Source: Nitrosopumilaceae archaeon (GTDB lineage: Archaea > Thermoproteota > Nitrososphaeria > Nitrososphaerales > Nitrosopumilaceae). From it: a stretch of DNA of 64,000 bases. The stretch is taken from positions 1,376,001-1,440,000 of the forward strand of contig OZ242274.1 of assembly GCA_965207375.1 (NCBI GenBank). The letters run 5' to 3'. Under the pieces are notes generated by a model. It was not told the DNA's origin and did not search any database. It worked only from the letters and a program-made list of their open reading frames with translations. Below, piece by piece: positions 62,549 to 64,000 of this stretch (within the stretch, counting starts at the first letter, position 1; each line of letters begins with the position of its first letter). The position numbers were made by a program, and so were the translations under genes.

Positions 62549-63427
62549 ATGGTTACACCGGTAGGACTTGATATCGGTACCGGATTCACAAAAGTATCCG
62601 GACTAGGCAAACAATTATCATTTCCATCTCTTTATGCATCACGATATACTGACGGCAGGACGATACACAACATGAATCAGTCAAAAAACATCCTTGAGGA
62701 GTGTGTTGGAAGACATGCTATTCCAATGGGTGAATCGCGTACAGGCACAATGATACGTCCCGTAAAACATGGACTCCCATGTCATGACAAGGGATATTCT
62801 AAATTGACAACAGAGGCCCTATCACTTGTTGGTATAAGCAATATATCTGATGCATATATTGTAGCAGGAGTAACCTTTGATGCAAAATCAGGCATTAAAA
62901 GAATTAAAAGAATAATCAAGTCACTAAAGCCCCATATGATCAAGATTGTACCACAGGCCTATGGAACCATGACATATTGTAACAAAAAAAGTGGAACCGT
63001 TGTAAATATAGGCCATGGAACCACAGAAGTAATCCATATCAAATCAGGAGTTATAGAGGGTAGTTCCATTCCAAAGGCTTCAAACTTTGTAACGGATCAG
63101 CTTGACAAAACACGTGGTTCCTATGTCAATTACAAAAAACTGTTTTCACAAAATGAATCCCTTACACAAAAACTAGTGTATCATTTGGCAGAACACATTG
63201 CAGATGAGGTGACCCGTATAGCATCACATGATAATATCATACTTGCAGGAGGGGGCTCGTTGCTTCCAGGAATGCGCGAAAACTTGGAAAAAATACTTTA
63301 TACTAAAACCATAGTGCCTGACAATCCAGTATTTTCAAATGCCATAGGTCTTGAAATGATAGCCAAAACAATGGTAGAACAGGCAGAACCAAAGACAGAA
63401 CATACATCTGTTGAAAAAATACTCTAA
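62549..63427 (+). CDS. ParM/StbA-like actin ATPase
   Basis: GLDIGTGFTK, VPQAYG, VNIGHGTTE, ILAGGGS, NAIG actin motifs. Confidence 0.85.
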   Translation: MVTPVGLDIGTGFTKVSGLGKQLSFPSLYASRYTDGRTIHNMNQSKNILEECVGRHAIPMGESRTGTMIRPVKHGLPCHDKGYSKLTTEALSLVGISNISDAYIVAGVTFDAKSGIKRIKRIIKSLKPHMIKIVPQAYGTMTYCNKKSGTVVNIGHGTTEVIHIKSGVIEGSSIPKASNFVTDQLDKTRGSYVNYKKLFSQNESLTQKLVYHLAEHIADEVTRIASHDNIILAGGGSLLPGMRENLEKILYTKTIVPDNPVFSNAIGLEMIAKTMVEQAEPKTEHTSVEKIL

Positions 63428-64000
63428 ATCTCTAAGGTAGGAAATCATCTTACACCTGGCGCATCGTGCCTAAAAATGCGCCAGATAAAACAGCCATTTT
63501 GAGAAAATATTGTATCAACAGCAGATGACACTACATCATCCGGTGTTGATTCTATCGGTTTTTCACCTGTTTATGCATTCTTATTTATTGGTACATATTG
63601 ACTATCAAAACTTGTCAGTTCTGCTACGAATTAGGTGTTGTATTAAAATTTGAACATTTACAATCCGGATTTAAAATCGCACAAGATTTTTCAATTTCCA
63701 CCAAGTCATGTTTTTGATCAAACGCATTTTCCCAACAGTAGCAAATATCAGATTTTTCGTTTTTCACACTGGAACGATGCAACAAATGCTTAAAACCTCC
63801 AAAATGTCTTTATTTCTAAAAAATAATGATACCAGTATGATAAAAGACAGACATGTTATGACATCTGAATTTGGACCAGCGCCTATTGATGAACCAAAAT
63901 CATATCCTGGCAGACGTCCGAATTATTCTTATGTTTTTTGTGGTGATAAAATATTTCCAATTGATATATCATATGGAAAACCCATTGAAGAGTTGTTAAT

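Noticed and set aside
63490-64000. Possible genes at the right end of the window
   Set aside because: Only short broken frames; nothing recognisable.

Overview
AT-rich archaeal DNA, most consistent with a Nitrosopumilaceae/Cenarchaeum-like thaumarchaeote (Nitrosopumilus-type S-layer protein, CFI-box-CTERM protein, archaeal tRNA, ISH3 elements). The window looks like a fragmented, cargo-laden integrative/conjugative element. Its backbone comprises VirB6-like, VirD4/VirB4-like, PrgI-like, TadC/FlaJ, several pilin, prepilin peptidase, thermonuclease-domain, ParM-like actin, ParB-like and divergent TFB genes. Interleaved are defence/TA cargo (N4/N6 methylase with a dead MvaI/BcnI endonuclease, DprA+PRTase, two HicBA, HD dNTPase-like), a truncated S-layer gene, IS66/IS5/ISH3/IS6/IS481 elements and MITE-like repeats. 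Top candidates for new biology: (1) two copies of a 67-nt non-canonical tRNA-like RNA with five compensatory base-pair changes; (2) eight genes sharing a promoter with a non-canonical BRE, TATA 27-28 nt before the ATG, possibly served by the element's own TFB; (3) a perfect 5x40-bp array whose single extra unit sits upstream of parM; (4) an odd tRNA(GAA) with an inverted att-like copy 30 kb away. All family calls are from motif recognition by eye; no searches were run.
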